Positions 1 through 14,939 of a DNA stretch of 64,000 nt are shown here, piece by piece. The notes under the pieces are model-generated. The model was not told the origin of the DNA. It worked only from the letters and a program-made list of their open reading frames with translations, and did not search any database. Position 1 is the first letter of the stretch. Every line of letters starts with the position of its first letter. This DNA is from Sphyrna mokarran (lineage: Eukaryota): the NCBI GenBank assembly GCA_024679065.1, contig JAGIQG010000009.1:61318001-61382000 (forward strand), given 5' to 3'. The position numbers and the translations under genes are program-made.

Positions 1-27
1 GTATTTATCAACTTTGGCACAAGTATA

Positions 28-193
28 AAAGCAAAATCCTGCAGATGCTGGAAATCTGAAACAAAAACAGGAAATGCTGCAAATGCTCAGCAGATCAGGC
101 AACAGTTTACATCCAACTGAAACATGAAATCTGCTTCTCTCTCCGCAGATGCTGCTGGATTGCTGAGTTTTTCCAAAATGTCCTGTATTTTAT
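28..193. mobile_element. Penelope-type inverted-repeat short element (shark family)
   Basis: Left arm aaagcaaaatcctgcagatgctggaaatctgaaacaaaaacag...ctcagcag, with a reverse-complementary right arm ...cagatgctgctggattgctgagtttttcc. Confidence 0.6.
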
Positions 194-1109
194 TATCAAT
201 TTAAGCATTAGTAGCTTGGCCACAAAAGAGCAGAAGCCCCAGTAATATTGTTAAATCAGCATTTGACTCCAAAGCAATTTTGGTGCTAATCTGCACTGCC
301 AACATTGTTTTCTTAACCCACCTACAAACTGTAGGCAGTGCAAATCGGAAGACATTTGCTGCACTATTTACGCTTCAGTTGGATAAAGCTGGAGTGTTTC
401 TACAAGTTACTTCTATCCTTTTCAGAAATTCTAAGCCTTAAGGATTTTCTTAAGTTTTGTCCATAAATCTGCTGTTCTCTTTCTGCTCCCCTTAATGTGC
501 TGTGAGTCTGTGCCCAGCCTGATTTTCTGCCCTCCCAAATGGCGAGCTTTCCATGGCAGCACAATTAGCATTGGCAGCTTGCCCATCCACTTAAATGATG
601 GCCGACCTTGACAACAGATTGAGCCATGGGGCAAGTAAGACATTACCTCATCCACCGCTCAATTGATGTAAACCAGAATGCTCCCAATATCTCCAAATTC
701 CTTGGTATTCAAACATGAGTATTATGGGATGGAGAAGGACAAACATTTGTCCTCCCCAAAAAGATATTCCCCCCAATTTGTCTATTTCCTCTAGGCTTTT
801 ACAGGCATTATCCTTCAATTTTTTTGTTATATATTGGTTGGGAATAGGATTTAAAGTTTGGGTTGATTTGAATGTTCTTCATTGTAAAGTATGATATAAT
901 GGGTTGGATAAGCAAAAGGGGATATTCCGATAGGCTCATGAAGCAATTGCCAGATTCTTTACTACTGTAATTTTCCTGTGTCTGCTGGTAAGTGACCCAT
1001 TTTTATATCCAAATGCGGAACTATATCAGTGTGCAAAGGCAAGATAGGCATGTGAGGCCGAAGGTTCAGCTCTCAAGAATTCAAATAGCTGAAGCCCCAT
1101 CTCATTCGG

Positions 1110-1315
1110 CAGAAAGATTATTTTATACCCACCTGAGGGAGCCGGTACAGCCTCAGCTTAACATTTCACCCTTAAGATGAGGGAGAAAGTGCCGCACTCC
1201 CTCAGTGCTGTACTACAGTGGTAGCCTTGCATTATGCATTCAGGACCTGGCATGTGATTTCGACACAAGATCTAATAGCTCTGAGGCAAGAATGCCTATC
1301 CAGTGCATCTTGGCT
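1110..1315 (-). mobile_element. Deu-domain SINE fragment
   Basis: Contains gcactccctcagtgctgtactacagtg and ctctgaggcaagaatgc, the reverse complement of the Deu core and head. Confidence 0.5.
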
Positions 1316-2924
1316 AATATCTTTAGGAGAGCTGTGTAATGAAAGCGAACCAAACATTTTAAACATTTCTTTCATTGCCACATCAGAGAGTATAAAGGGC
1401 CTTAAGTTAAGTGCTGATAGAAATTACTAGAGCCCCTGAACTCAATTGTGAGAGCACATATAGAATTTGCTGGTACACACATGGGATATCAATTCATTAT
1501 CCTGTTTCATACTCCTAACGCAAAGTCAAAATCTATCCCCATTATGTTTACCAATTAGAGGGCAGTGAGAAAGTCACAATCACAGTTGCATTAACTTGTG
1601 TATGTATATACTTCTTATGTACAAGCTTTGTGGATACTCTGATTTGAAAAGGACTTGCCAGCAATTTTTTCACTAAATCCAGTCACTCATAACAGCTGGT
1701 TAATTCTGCAACCTTGGTCTGAAAACTCAATATTAATCTTTTCTTGCTAACCAGATAATATTCCTTTTGTAGTTAGGCTTGAGTCATGGGCAATGAATTG
1801 AGTGAATGAAATTAACTTCCATGACATGCTAAATTCAATGTTTACCACACATAGAATGCAATTCCCATGTACTATTGTTCAATTTTGTATTAAAAAAATC
1901 TGAAGACAGTGAAATGTCAGTTTTTAAGTGCGGCTAAATGATTTTAAAAAATTGAACTTCAAAGTAAATTTCTTTTCTCTCGTCATGAATGATATGAAGA
2001 ACACAAAATAGCCCAAACTGTGAACTTTTTAGAGGTCTGCAATTGAAAACCATCATGATAAATTGCCTACAAAATGTATTTTAGGCAGTTTTTTTTCCAA
2101 ATGCATGTCTTAATTTTAAAACATCTATTTACATTTGTATCAAATTTATATCCATTATTTTTAAAGACAAATACAGCTACATCAGCTCCTAATTTCATTT
2201 GTGCAGTTTGACCACATGACATTTAAATAATGATCTTAACCAAAATCCTTTTCTAATATGGTCTAAATCAAAGATAAGATAAAAAGTGTACAATAATACA
2301 TATTTCTCTCTTTGATAATCTTAGTGAGAAAAATAAGTTCAATTACAAACTAAGGAACACTGATTTAAATTTAAGCCCAATACTTTTCTGAAATGGCTTA
2401 TGGTTGAAAACATATCTGATAGTGCTTATCGTATGATATAAATCCCAGAATGGCAAATGATCACTGCAGACTGAATAGGATATAATATATTAACACTACA
2501 CATTCAGATCAGGAAAGATTCTAAATCCGAAATATGTACTGGAGTACATTTCCATCTGTACCACCCGGACATAAAATATTACTCTGAGTGGAATACTGAG
2601 GGGAGAGTGAGAGGGGAGACTGCATACCTGTGATGAATCTTGATATTGGAAGGAAATTCAAATTGCTTTTTTAATCAATGTGTGACCCTCCCCCTTCTGA
2701 CTTCCTTACCCTTACTCTTCAACTGGGCACTAATTCTCATCCTGGCGATGCAGATAAAAGTCCACCCCATTGTATTGAAAATGTGCTTTTAAGTAGCTAG
2801 CTATTTTAAAATGTCATATAGATCACAAATTAATGGGCCATCAATCTTAAGGCATTAAGACACAAAATGGATGGTATTTCTCTCAATAGCATTGTAATAT
2901 AATTGCATTGCAAAAGTAGAATCA

Positions 2925-3590
<666 letters not shown>

Positions 3591-3741
3591 TTATTAAAAA
3601 TCAATACTGTATTGATGCAGAACCAGGAACATATATTCATTGTATAAAATTTACATTGTTTTGATTTGTGTTTCAAACATGAAAAAGGTAAGAAAATATC
3701 GTGTACATTAGCAAATTGGTTTAAGATTAGTTTATATGTTT

Positions 3742-3953
3742 AAAATAAAAGTGTTGGAAAGAATCAACAGGTCTGGCAGCATCTATGGAGAGAGAAACAG
3801 TTGGCATTCTGAAACTCTGTAACTTCAAGTAGTCGTACCGACTCAAAATGTAAACTCTCTTTCTCTTTTCATAGACTCTGCCAGACTTGCTGAGTCTTTC
3901 ATGCACTTTGTTTTATTTCCAATCTCCAGCATCTGCAGAATTTTGCTTTTATT
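3742..3953. mobile_element. Penelope-type inverted-repeat short element
   Basis: Same family as 28-193 and 21552-21826, with inverted arms around a central stem-loop. Confidence 0.6.
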
Positions 3954-5742
3954 GTCAAAGATTCCGTTTTGTGCATCTCCAAAAAATAAAAAGCTTGTGA
4001 AGTTAGTATCTTCTGGCTGTGGATCTTAGCATTACCCTTTTCATACTGATTATAATTTCATGTTGCAATATTGCAATTTATTCCATATAAAATGTGTCCA
4101 CATGCTTATGTTTCAGTTGAGTCTCACATCCATCTGACAGAAATGAGCCTTTCATCCCAGCAGTCACATGTGACTGTACTTTGGATATTTATGTGTACTC
4201 AGATATCACTGTACAGTTCTGCCCTGAACTGACTTGACTAAACTTCACAGCAGCAAACAGTCTTCATGTTCAATATTGGCAATAAGAAAAAGGTCAATGC
4301 ATGAAAACATTAATAAACTGCACAAATAAATGAAAAACAGGTTGTTCGCATGACTTAGGGTCTGCAACAAGCCCTGCTAATACCAAAAACCTCTCCTTTA
4401 GAAAGAAATCTAATTTTCAATATATTACAATAACAAAAGTGTGTAACTGAGAAAAGGAATTATCCTTACATCACATGCATTCAAATATTGCTTATGTGAA
4501 GAAAAAAGTACGAACACAAAAATAGTTTCTACAATGATTGCACTGTTCTGAAATTCCTTGAATCAAGTGTTACTTTCAAACTTTTTAATTTGCCTCAGTT
4601 TTGATGTACCATGTTTTCTAAGTCACTGTTCTTATCTTATTGTCATTAAAGACAAAAAATGTTTAATCTCTATTTTCAACTCCTTTGACTGTCTTCTTCT
4701 TGTGTTTCTGCCTCCTCCTTTTCTTCGTCCTTCTGCTTGAATGGTGCTATCAAGCCATAGTTTAGTAAAGCCCCATTATAATACGTCCCATGTGAACAAA
4801 AACAAGCTCATTGAGAGCCCCGATGTCACTGCAATATCTTCTAATATCTTAGGAATTAAGAAATAATTAAAACAAATCCAATTCAGCAGATGCCTTGGGA
4901 TTTGTTTTAATGGTCTCTGTCACAGTGGTGTCTGTCACCACTGAGCACATCTAACAGTTACTGAAATATTCTGACAGTGCCAGTTTCGGCTTTTGGTGAC
5001 TAAAGAAAAACAGGACCCTCTGACAGCTATATGACATGTTGAGACTGCTGTGACTTCTACTTGGGGTTACAATTGGAGCATTTTATCTTAGGGATTAGTG
5101 CCACATTAAAAATTTATTATAAGCCTTGTGTATCCATTAGAAGAACTTTTGACAATTAGAGGTTCAAACCTACATGGTAGAATGCAGACCAGTAACTAAT
5201 TGTGAGTACTCTTGGGAAAACATTCTTGGCTTCATGATGTCTGGTCAAGTGCTTGCATTTATGTGCCTGTAATAGTGTGTTCATTTGTTAGCAATATGTA
5301 TTTGCCATTCAAACATCTCAAGATTTTGTAGTGGCTGATCCTAAATGTTAAATTTGACAACAATTGTAGAGAGATTGGAGTCATTTTCATTTTTCATTCA
5401 AAGTTAAATATGTAACTGAATTATCTCCAGATCACCATTAAAATTCTGTTTGAAAATGCTTTCATTCCACAGTAAAATTCATGCTACCACTGGTTGCGGC
5501 ATGCACTGTGGCATGGAGACACTGATAAAACTATTTCAATGGTTCTTTGAAATCCAGTATAGGCATTTCTGTAATAGAACATGCCTGAAATAATACGACA
5601 TTCATATAATGCAGCTTATACAGAATTCTGAAAGACAAAAATCTCTCAGAAATAGTCCTAAAGTTTGTTATTTGTTTAAATCTATTTGTTTTGGATATTT
5701 ACAGAAGAGTTATTTTGAATGGTTTTGAGCATGTAGGTTTAA

Positions 5743-6070
5743 GCTGACACTCCAGTGCAGAACCGAGAGAGTGCCACACTGCCACTGCTAGTCCTTTCAG
5801 GTGGATGCAATAGATCCTGTAACAATGACTCAAAAAGTAGGAATGCTACCTTCAGATCCTAGTCAATACTTATTCCTCAGGCAGCATCACAAAACAGGAT
5901 GAATTTGGTGATTATCACTTTGCTGTGTATAGGTGCTTGCTGCGTGTAAATTGGCTGCTGTGTTTCTTGCGTCACAACAATGACAAAACTACAAAGGTAA
6001 TTATTGTCTGTAATCTTTTAGGACATATCTTAGTCAAAGGTTCTATTTAAATGCATAGCTTTCTGTTTCT
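5743..6070 (+). mobile_element. Deu-domain SINE (SacSINE1/AmnSINE1-like), decayed
   Basis: gctgacactccagtgcag...caggtggatg...aaattggctgctgtgtttc...aaatgca tail resembles my recollection of the DeuSINE consensus. Confidence 0.7.
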
Positions 6071-8652
6071 ATTCATTTATGATTAAATGATTAAACTATG
6101 CAAGATAGGTGTTACACTGTAAGCAAAAGTTTACAGGTCATTTCCTATTAAGGCTGAGGTACAAGTGAGCATGAAAGACAATGATGAAATACAGCTGCAA
6201 ATGACTCCAGAGATGTTCCTAAATCACACGCTTGATTCCTTTCATTCTTCAGGATTAAATGCAATCAACTGAAGTAACATGGATTGATGTCAAATGATAT
6301 GGAATGAAATGAGGGATTGTAGAGATATAAAATTTTAAGTTAACATTGTCTCACAAGTGAGGTACTTGCAGATGGAGATAATTTTATAGAACTAGAAGTG
6401 ATAGAACCGAATTAGCTAACATATAATGTGCGTTGGAAGCACTCCTGCCTTTGAGCCAGGATTTGAGCTAGGGTTCAACTTCCACTCTGAATGTAGCTTA
6501 TCAGCTCCTTGGTCAGCTTATGAATCCTTCCAATACTGTCCTCCAAAAAAAAGGTGCAAAGATACAGGACAAGCATTACTAACATATAACACTGTGTGAT
6601 GAAGAATGACTAGAAAATGTAAAGTGATGTACATTGAGTTTGTGTTCTTCACGTGGAATGATAACATAAATGAATTTATATGTATTTTTGCAAGACTAGA
6701 ACCTTTGGCAAAACTATATGTATGTCCTCTCTCCTCTGACTGAACAGAGAAAATGACATGAGCACACTGACAGCCTATAATGTAGAATGGAGAGTTAAAT
6801 AGATGCAGAAAGTGAGCGGACGAGGCGCATTACAGTGGTCTGGTGTGAGAAATGTTGAGGAGCCAAGGCATAGAAAGATATGGGAGACTCCTAGTGACCT
6901 GGGTTTGGAGGCATCGCATGAAAATGAATGGTGATCGGTAAATGGTGTTGGTTTTGAGTGAGACTCCTGACATATTTTCAGAATCCACTGAACAGAATAG
7001 AATTCAGTTTCTGATGCAACGATAATTCCTCCCGGATTCTGATTAGTACACCAGAGGTTAGAAATATAATTTAAATAATAGTGGGATTTAGTATTCGAAA
7101 AATCATGTCAAATTCGAATCTCTTTCATCCCTGCGAGCCTTGTAACTTGCGATTCTCACAAATGCTGTCGTTGACCCTTCAATAACAGAGCAGGTACACA
7201 GCACACCGACCTATTCTTTCTCTCATTGGCCCCGGATTCCTGGACTGAATGGACCAGCCAGCCCGCAGTCATCCCGACGTGATCTTAGCCAGAGCGCGGT
7301 CCAATTGCCATCCCTGGGATGGCAATAAAGGTACCGTGAAAGCCTTGGAAAGGCAAACGGTTCGGGCTTCCTGCTTTCCGTGACTATCCTGCTGGAAGTC
7401 CCCCAGACTGTATTTCAGACAGGGCAGAATCGGGGAGGAGTTTCTTTTCATGGCACAGTTTGAATGGGAACATTTCCCAAGCAAAGAGCTGTGGCCTTGA
7501 GGTGAGGTCGGAAGAAAAATCAAAAGAAAAAAAGTTGGCAACCGACAGAATAAAAACGTAATTCAGAGAGACAGAACCCTATCAGTATTACGAAATTTTG
7601 ATAAACTAGAAGCCTAAATATTATCGTGATATTGGATGTATTGTCAATTATAAAGCGAAAGTGTATCAGTACACTTTTCTCAATTCCATTACAGAAGAAT
7701 TGAGTGACCATTTTCCAGGGATCGGTAGCAGTTGAAATATTAGTTAAGTGTACATTCCCTGACTCCATCGACACGATGGCATTATGGACGGAGCGGTACA
7801 GTAACTCATCTTCTAAATGAACAATATAGTTACCTCGGTTGGGCCGTGAGGTTGAATAAGAGTGAATGGACAGGGAGCTACAGCATAGGAGCTGTGCTGT
7901 GATATTCCCAGTCAGCAGGTTAACAGACAAATGGTCAAGTTACAAGCAACCCCACACAGTTTAGAAAGAATTCGGATCCAGATAGACTGCGGAACGGAAC
8001 TGGCAACTTATCACAGTTGAGAAGAGCAATAATTCAGCTTAGATTTCTTGAAAACCGGTAACATACTGATTTGATTTGGTTAAAGTAAGTTTGAGTTGCT
8101 TTTTCGATTGAGTTTCGGCTCCTGGGTAACTCCGGCGGCCCCTTACCGAGTCGAATAGAATACAAACTCTCGGAGTTCTCTTTTAAAACTCACTGACTTT
8201 CACGGAAGGAGCGGCGAATCGGTCTTGTTATCTGTGACTCTGGGTTGAGGGTAAATCCAGACAAGGATTTTTGAGAGCGGCGGGGGTGATGTAAATTCTC
8301 TCTGTGCCGAGTCCCAGCTCGGCTGCAAGTATAAGAAGCGAATCTGTGATTCAGACAAACCAGCCTCCCGGTGCTTGATGTAGAGAATGATCTGTTGCCC
8401 AGAGAATTCACACTACATTCTGTATAATCGAAAGCCTTATTTTAATCGGCGCTTAATCCAGTACATGGATTCATATTTAGAATGAAATGAAACTCAAGCA
8501 ATGTCCGGATTAGATGTCTGGATATAGATTATACCTGAATTGCTTCATATTTATACCTTCCTCTGCCTGTACCCGAGAAGTGAATTCACTCCAAACCGCT
8601 CCTCAAACAACTGAACGGGCGCCAGAGACACTCAGTGAAAGTTACCCCTTAC

Positions 8653-8794
8653 CTTCCAACTTCATTCCGACGTTCAGACACTTTTGGAAGCGGCAGTAGG
8701 GACATCTTTTCCGCTGTGTCTTGTCGATTGGACAGGCCTGGTTTTCAATACACGTGTACCTTTTGTTATTCTGAACAGTGCGTTTGAAGAAACC
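8653..8794 (-). CDS. NR5A2: NR5A2 exon encoding the second zinc finger (exon 4 equivalent); missing from the ORF track
   Basis: Manual reverse complement gives ctgttttaag|GGT TTC TTC..., translating [47 protein letters not shown], then G|gtaagg. 142 bp, phase 0 to phase 1, in frame with both neighbours. Confidence 0.97.
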
Positions 8795-9503
8795 CTTAAA
8801 ACAGAGAGAGGGGACATGTAACCAGCTCCATGTATTCCCGGGGAGAGGGCTTGTTCAGTAAAATCCCACACCAAATCCAAGAATCAGCGTCAACCCCTGC
8901 GCATTTCTACCTGTTAGAGCGCTCACTGACCGGTGATCATTGCAACAAACCAGCGAGGAACTGGACAGAAGAGAGCCCGACTGTGACCCAAAGTATCTCC
9001 AGGATATACAACATTTTCTCTCCTTAGCCAGACCTGTTGAGATTTTCCAGTTTTTTTTTCTTCTGGACTCAGATTCCAGCACCCGCACTAATTTGTTTTT
9101 ATCTTGTAACTCAAATCATGCCAGAGTGAGAGATGATTGGTGGACTTTATAAAGCGCCCCGGGAACACGAGCTGAAGGTGCATCTCAGCTCCCGGGTAGT
9201 GGTCAGAGTTATCTAATAAAACAGCTGGAAATATATAAATCAATAGTCTGGGATGGTGGTGAGACGGGGGTGGGGAGGGGGGGGGGAAGCAAAACTAAAA
9301 AATCCGCTCGAAGCAGACCTTTGAAATGTTGCGGAGTATCCCATCCTTCAAATATAGCAGTGTGACCTGCACGCTGCGCAGTACATCCCACTGGAGGATA
9401 CATTGAGGGGGATGAGGTGAGATGGCAAGTCCAGTTCTCTCCTCCGTCTGGACTGGGTGCAGGAAAGGCGGAGAGGGGACTGGATGGAAACACTCAAAAG
9501 TTA

Positions 9504-9965
<462 letters not shown>

Positions 9966-12900
9966 TCAATTGTAATGACACCGCGCCGGGGTGTAAATCA
10001 GTTCCGGCTATGAATACAGTATCGATCGGGTGGAAGGGTGGAGGGGGGGGGGGGTGCACACGCGATTATTTCCCTTCTCTCCAGACACTTAAGAACTTCG
10101 GAGCATCGAGCAGCCGAAATGATGGGCAAGTAGAGGATGGGGAGCGATTGGATGAGAAGGGAGGGAAGGGAGGGGGGGGGATGGATGGGGGAGGGGTATC
10201 TTTTTAACCTCAAGCTGAAAGGTGGGGGGGGGGGGATTTGTCATTACCTTCTTTTAAAAAGAGAAAGGGTTACTGACCATCACATAACACGACTGGAATC
10301 TTAATAACAGTTTTAGTTCTAAAAAGCAGGCGTAGAGAGGAAACAGATATAACCAAAAAACGTGCATGTAATGGTAACGCACCTTGTTAAACTGACTGAC
10401 AAAAAGTGATGTGTCCGTTTTGTTTTCAACACTAAAGCTCGGCAATTTCGGGTCACTTTCAAGAATTCAAATTCGGGCAAAGCTGTTTTGGTTCTCAGGC
10501 TGACTTAGGCGCTTGGCGTCAGCGGATAGGTGACTGTAATAAAATGTAAATAACTATTGAGAGAAACTTTTATTGGGGACGAGGTGAGAGAAATTCAGAC
10601 AGGCTACGCACTTAGGTTTGTGTATGTGTGGGACCCAGTGGAGGCCTGCACCCTCTGCACAGTGTAAAAGAGGTTGTCCACCCTTTGGAAGGATATTAAA
10701 AAGATCCCAGGTAGGAATTTACCTACCTGGCGCTCTCGGTGTGTGAAGGCAACCGACAAACTTGGGAATGTTGACGGAATGAAACCATTCAGATATTGCT
10801 GCCTGATTGCAAATCAGGTTCTGCGATACTCAAATTTCAAACCATTCCCTCACGCTTGTGTATTTTATTTTTGAAAAAAAAACACATTATTTTATTGATT
10901 GATAACAGCTTGAGGCGGGATATGAATTCTCACTAATTCCTATTTGATCTCGCCACACGTTCTTCAGTGTTGAGGAGTCACCCAGACAGACTTTGCGGCT
11001 TGATTTGGCCGAACGGCAAAAGTTGAAAGCGGCAAACAAGGAAACTGTGCATTTTGCACCATGCCGTTGGCAGTAATGAAAGGAGCACTTGTGTTCATCC
11101 TCATGTTGGATTGCATGGTGTTTAACTGATCATTGTTTCTGGCGAACAGGTTAAAAAAAACCTAGAAACTCACCTTTAATGGTCTTTATTATAAACGGTC
11201 AGAACCGCACCTTTAACAAACACCTACACTTGTCCGAATTTTTAAGCTCTTCCTATCAAAATGCCAGAACATCACTTTTAAGGGTCCTTATTAAAAACTA
11301 GGCGAATCTCACTTTTTAAAGAAAGAGCGGTCCCTAAGAGAAAGGGCCTCAAAGTGGAGCAACATCGCGCCGGCCACAATACTGGTCCAGTATCTCCGGT
11401 GCTGGGGGCGGGGGGGGGGGGGGGGGGGCGGTGGGTGGAGAATAGTAGTTGGAAATGCTGAGGTCTGTCCTCTGGGTCTACTTGCTTGGCTGCAATGCCA
11501 GGGATTGTCTGGAATTTAGCTCATTGTCAGGTCGGGACACAGGATCACTTACTAGAGGAAGCCTCGCTGGATTTGAAAGAAAAGTCACGGTCCATAAAAT
11601 AGATTTTTTTTGCTGACATCAAGTATAAAATTTCCCATTGCATCTCTCGGCTTGAACATTTCAAGAATTCAACAGACATCATAATAAGAGCAGTTACAAG
11701 TACATACATATATATAAAATCATGTATAAATACATGCATGCGAACGATTGTCCGCCTTCAGCGAAATGCATTTTCTTTTTAAAAGATATTTAAACCTTGC
11801 CAAAGATTTCTATTTACCCTCTCCCACTTTTACAAACGAGCTGGATTCAGCTGAAGTGGACGAGTGTTAAATGTTGATATTGATCGGAAAGTGATCATTA
11901 GGGAAGAGTGAGAGAAATATCTCCGATTCCACCAAACTTTCCCCGGACAACGAGATCTATCAAACACTTGACCTGAAGTGCTTGCAAACCGATCCGCGCA
12001 TGGGTTTGGGATGTGAAATATCCGTGCAGATGGAAATATTTCGATGTAATTACTGAAATATTCGATAGTAAACGGGCCCTAATCCTTTCCTTCGGGCTCC
12101 GGCCTGTGTTGATGGTTTAAAAGTTCACATTCCTTAAGAAGCTAGTTTTTTTTTCTCTCTTTTTGGAAAGGCGAACTGTTAATTTGGCGTTTAAAAAAAA
12201 TGTGTATAACCCTAGTGGTTCTTGAGGGATCACTTGGGTGTGTAGAATCTAGAAAAAGCAGCGCCCGGTTTAAATCTGAACTGAGGCTGAACTGTCCCAT
12301 CAGTTTGGACCAATTCTGCTGGCTCCAAGGTGCTCACTATCCACAAACAATCTTCCTCGAGTGAGGATAGAGATCCGCACATTGGGAAGTGGCGCAAAAC
12401 GGGAGAAGTGACCCTCTCCCAGCCCCCCCCCCCTCCAATTTTGGGATTTAACAGGAAAGTGCAAAAGGCAGATTTGGGATTTGGGGATTGAGCGCGGTGG
12501 CGCTCCGTTTTGGTAAGTGTAGCTAACCCCTGTCGCTGCTGCTGCTTGCTGCCTGAGCTATTTGCAGAACCACGCGGGCTGCTCTATTCCTGGGGCCTCG
12601 TTATTTATAAGCTTATTGTAATATTCTGAATTAAAGTGGTTGGAATAGCAGACATGCGCACGTGCATCCCGCCAAACAGGTGCTTTCCTAGCAAGTGAGC
12701 AAATGGCTAAAAGTGGGCTGAGCATCCCAGCCAGGCTTTGCAAAGGCAGACACTTCCCCACTCTCCCCGTGCCCGGCAGGCGGTTGCAATCGAACCCCCC
12801 CCCCCCCCCGGAAAAGTGCAACTGAAACATCTTGCACCGCGAATGGAAGAGGTCAGCACCAATCTGATGAGAGGGGAATAGAGGCTAAAATACTTGGAGT

Positions 12901-14543
12901 CATCAAAATTCAGGGGGGAAAACAGAGAGATGAATGAGCGTTCCTTGCTTTGTGAGAGGACATGATGATATTCTGCTGCACTTTTAACTAGTCGGGATGA
13001 TTCAAACGCAGCGTTAAAACACGTGTTAAAATGCCAAGGGCCAGAGGTAAAGAGAAATTTAAATCTTGACTGGTTTTGGGAAAATACTGTCAATGACCGG
13101 CCTACTGGGAGCAGCGTGCCCTCCTGTCCTCTCTGATGAAGACGCGTGGAAACAACTTCTTTCTAATGGAAAGGCCCGATTTGCTTCTTAAATAGTGTCC
13201 CAGTGGAAAGTCCCCAATTCCAGTCCACCAAGCCCACGCCACCGAGGAGTCAGCTATTCGGCATTCACTTCCTGAGGCGGGACGTCAGCCCCGGTCACTT
13301 CTACACACAAACAAAAGGGACAAATTGCAGCAGGGAGAATTGTCTGGAAATGGGGACAGTTTAGCGGATCCAGTTCATTAGTTGAGCGAAAGACAAATAA
13401 GTAAGTGACGGTCGTGCGGCTGTGCCTCAGGCCAAAGGACAAGAGCACCAAGCACCTTTTAAAACTTTTAATTCCAATTGGATCAGAACTGGCAAAGGAA
13501 TTGAGCGAAGAGTAACAAGTTTCCCTGTATCTGTCAATGTTCATTTCAGGTCAAATTCAGATCGAATTCTGATTTTTTTTTAACATTCAGAAACACGAGG
13601 GGTTTTATCCGATGATAGTGTGTCTTGGCTGAAGGGTCTACAAACTGTGGGCCTGCTCAGACAAGGGGATTGTTAGAAATGCAACTAGCTGCAGACTCTC
13701 GGCTCATTCTCTCACATGCCAATATTTGGTGTGAATATTTACCCCCGTGCGTGTGGCTGATTTCACTCTGAGCGCTGACGCTTTTGACAAAATGACATTT
13801 GAACCTCCATGTAACTACACAAAGTTCCTTCCGCTTTTGTTGTGAAATTAGTTATCCAAGTGTATCCTTTCTCGGTAGCCCTGGGCTCCGCCACCCCCTC
13901 CCACCCCCAATTTTAAGCATTTCATTGCTAACCTCTGCGAAATGAGTTTAGTGCGCTGTCTGCAATAGCTCATGGCTACAGCGGCCGTATCTCTTTTGCA
14001 AAGTGTGACTCCAAACATTTGAGTTGCTTGACATTTCCCTGCCCGGGAGTTAACACAAATTAACTCCGCTCTCACCCTCATACACAGAGGAAGGAGAAAT
14101 TAACTTCTTAAGTTTGTGAAACGCTTGGCTTGTAAAAGGGAGCTGTGAGTGCGTGCTCGCATCAGAGCAATCCACATTCACATCAACTTGCTCAATGCCA
14201 AGCTCTGGGACAGGTTTACGGTTCACCTCACACCAGTCTCTTAACATCGCCAAACTTCTGACCACCTCCACAGGAATGAATCTCTCTCTGCATCTTTCGG
14301 ATTCACAAGGCGCGCACTGTCCTCTTGCCGACCTGTCAGCGAAAAGTCTGCACAACCCCCTAACCTGTTTTAATTATAATAGTTAATGCACCCTTCCCCC
14401 CGTACCCCCACCCACATCCTCAGCCCCCGATCCGCCCGGGTGGGTTGCCCGAGAAGCCGGCCGTGTCCTTAGACGAAAGGTTTATTGAGCGGCCGAAGTG
14501 AGCAGGTTGTTGAGTAAAAAAAGGCAGTAAGTAGTTCTCTTAC

Positions 14544-14672
14544 CGTGCATTGTTCCAGGCATCCGACCCCCATGCGAGCGAGTAATGGCAATGGATTCTG
14601 CCTCGGCTTTGGGCAACATGACACTGCTCCCGGGCTGGCTGTGGGGAGACGCTCCGTCCAGTAGCCGAAGAC
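14544..14672 (-). CDS. NR5A2: NR5A2 N-terminal exon (exon 2 equivalent), with a likely start codon at 14619-14617 (MLPK)
   Basis: tctcccccgttcag|GT..., translating (G)LRLLDGASPHSQPGSSVMLPKAEAESIAITRSHGGRMPGTMH, then G|gtaaga. 129 bp, phase 1/1. Resembles the vertebrate NR5A2 segment MLPKVETEALGLARSHG..MP..MQ. Confidence 0.88.
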
Positions 14673-14939
14673 CTGAACGGGGGAGAGACACAGAGCGCGA
14701 TAGGAAAAACAAAACAGATTGGCTTGACTTGACTTGGAGATGATATCGAGTGTAACTTGACCGAGCAGTATGTGTGCGTTGTGTGTGTGTTGTTAGCGTG
14801 TGTTGTAGCAAGAGTCAGGACTCATGGTTTGCCCCCCCTGCCCTCCCCCGGATCAGAGTGGCACGGGTTCATTCCAGGCTGTCTGTCTGGCTGTGCATTG
14901 AGGGGCTTTGGCTGAAGTTCCAATCTTTCGCTTCCTCTT

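Noticed and set aside
13134-13155. CTGATGA...GAAA hammerhead-like string in the intron
   Set aside because: There is no proper stem II closing pair and no stem I or III, so it is a chance match.
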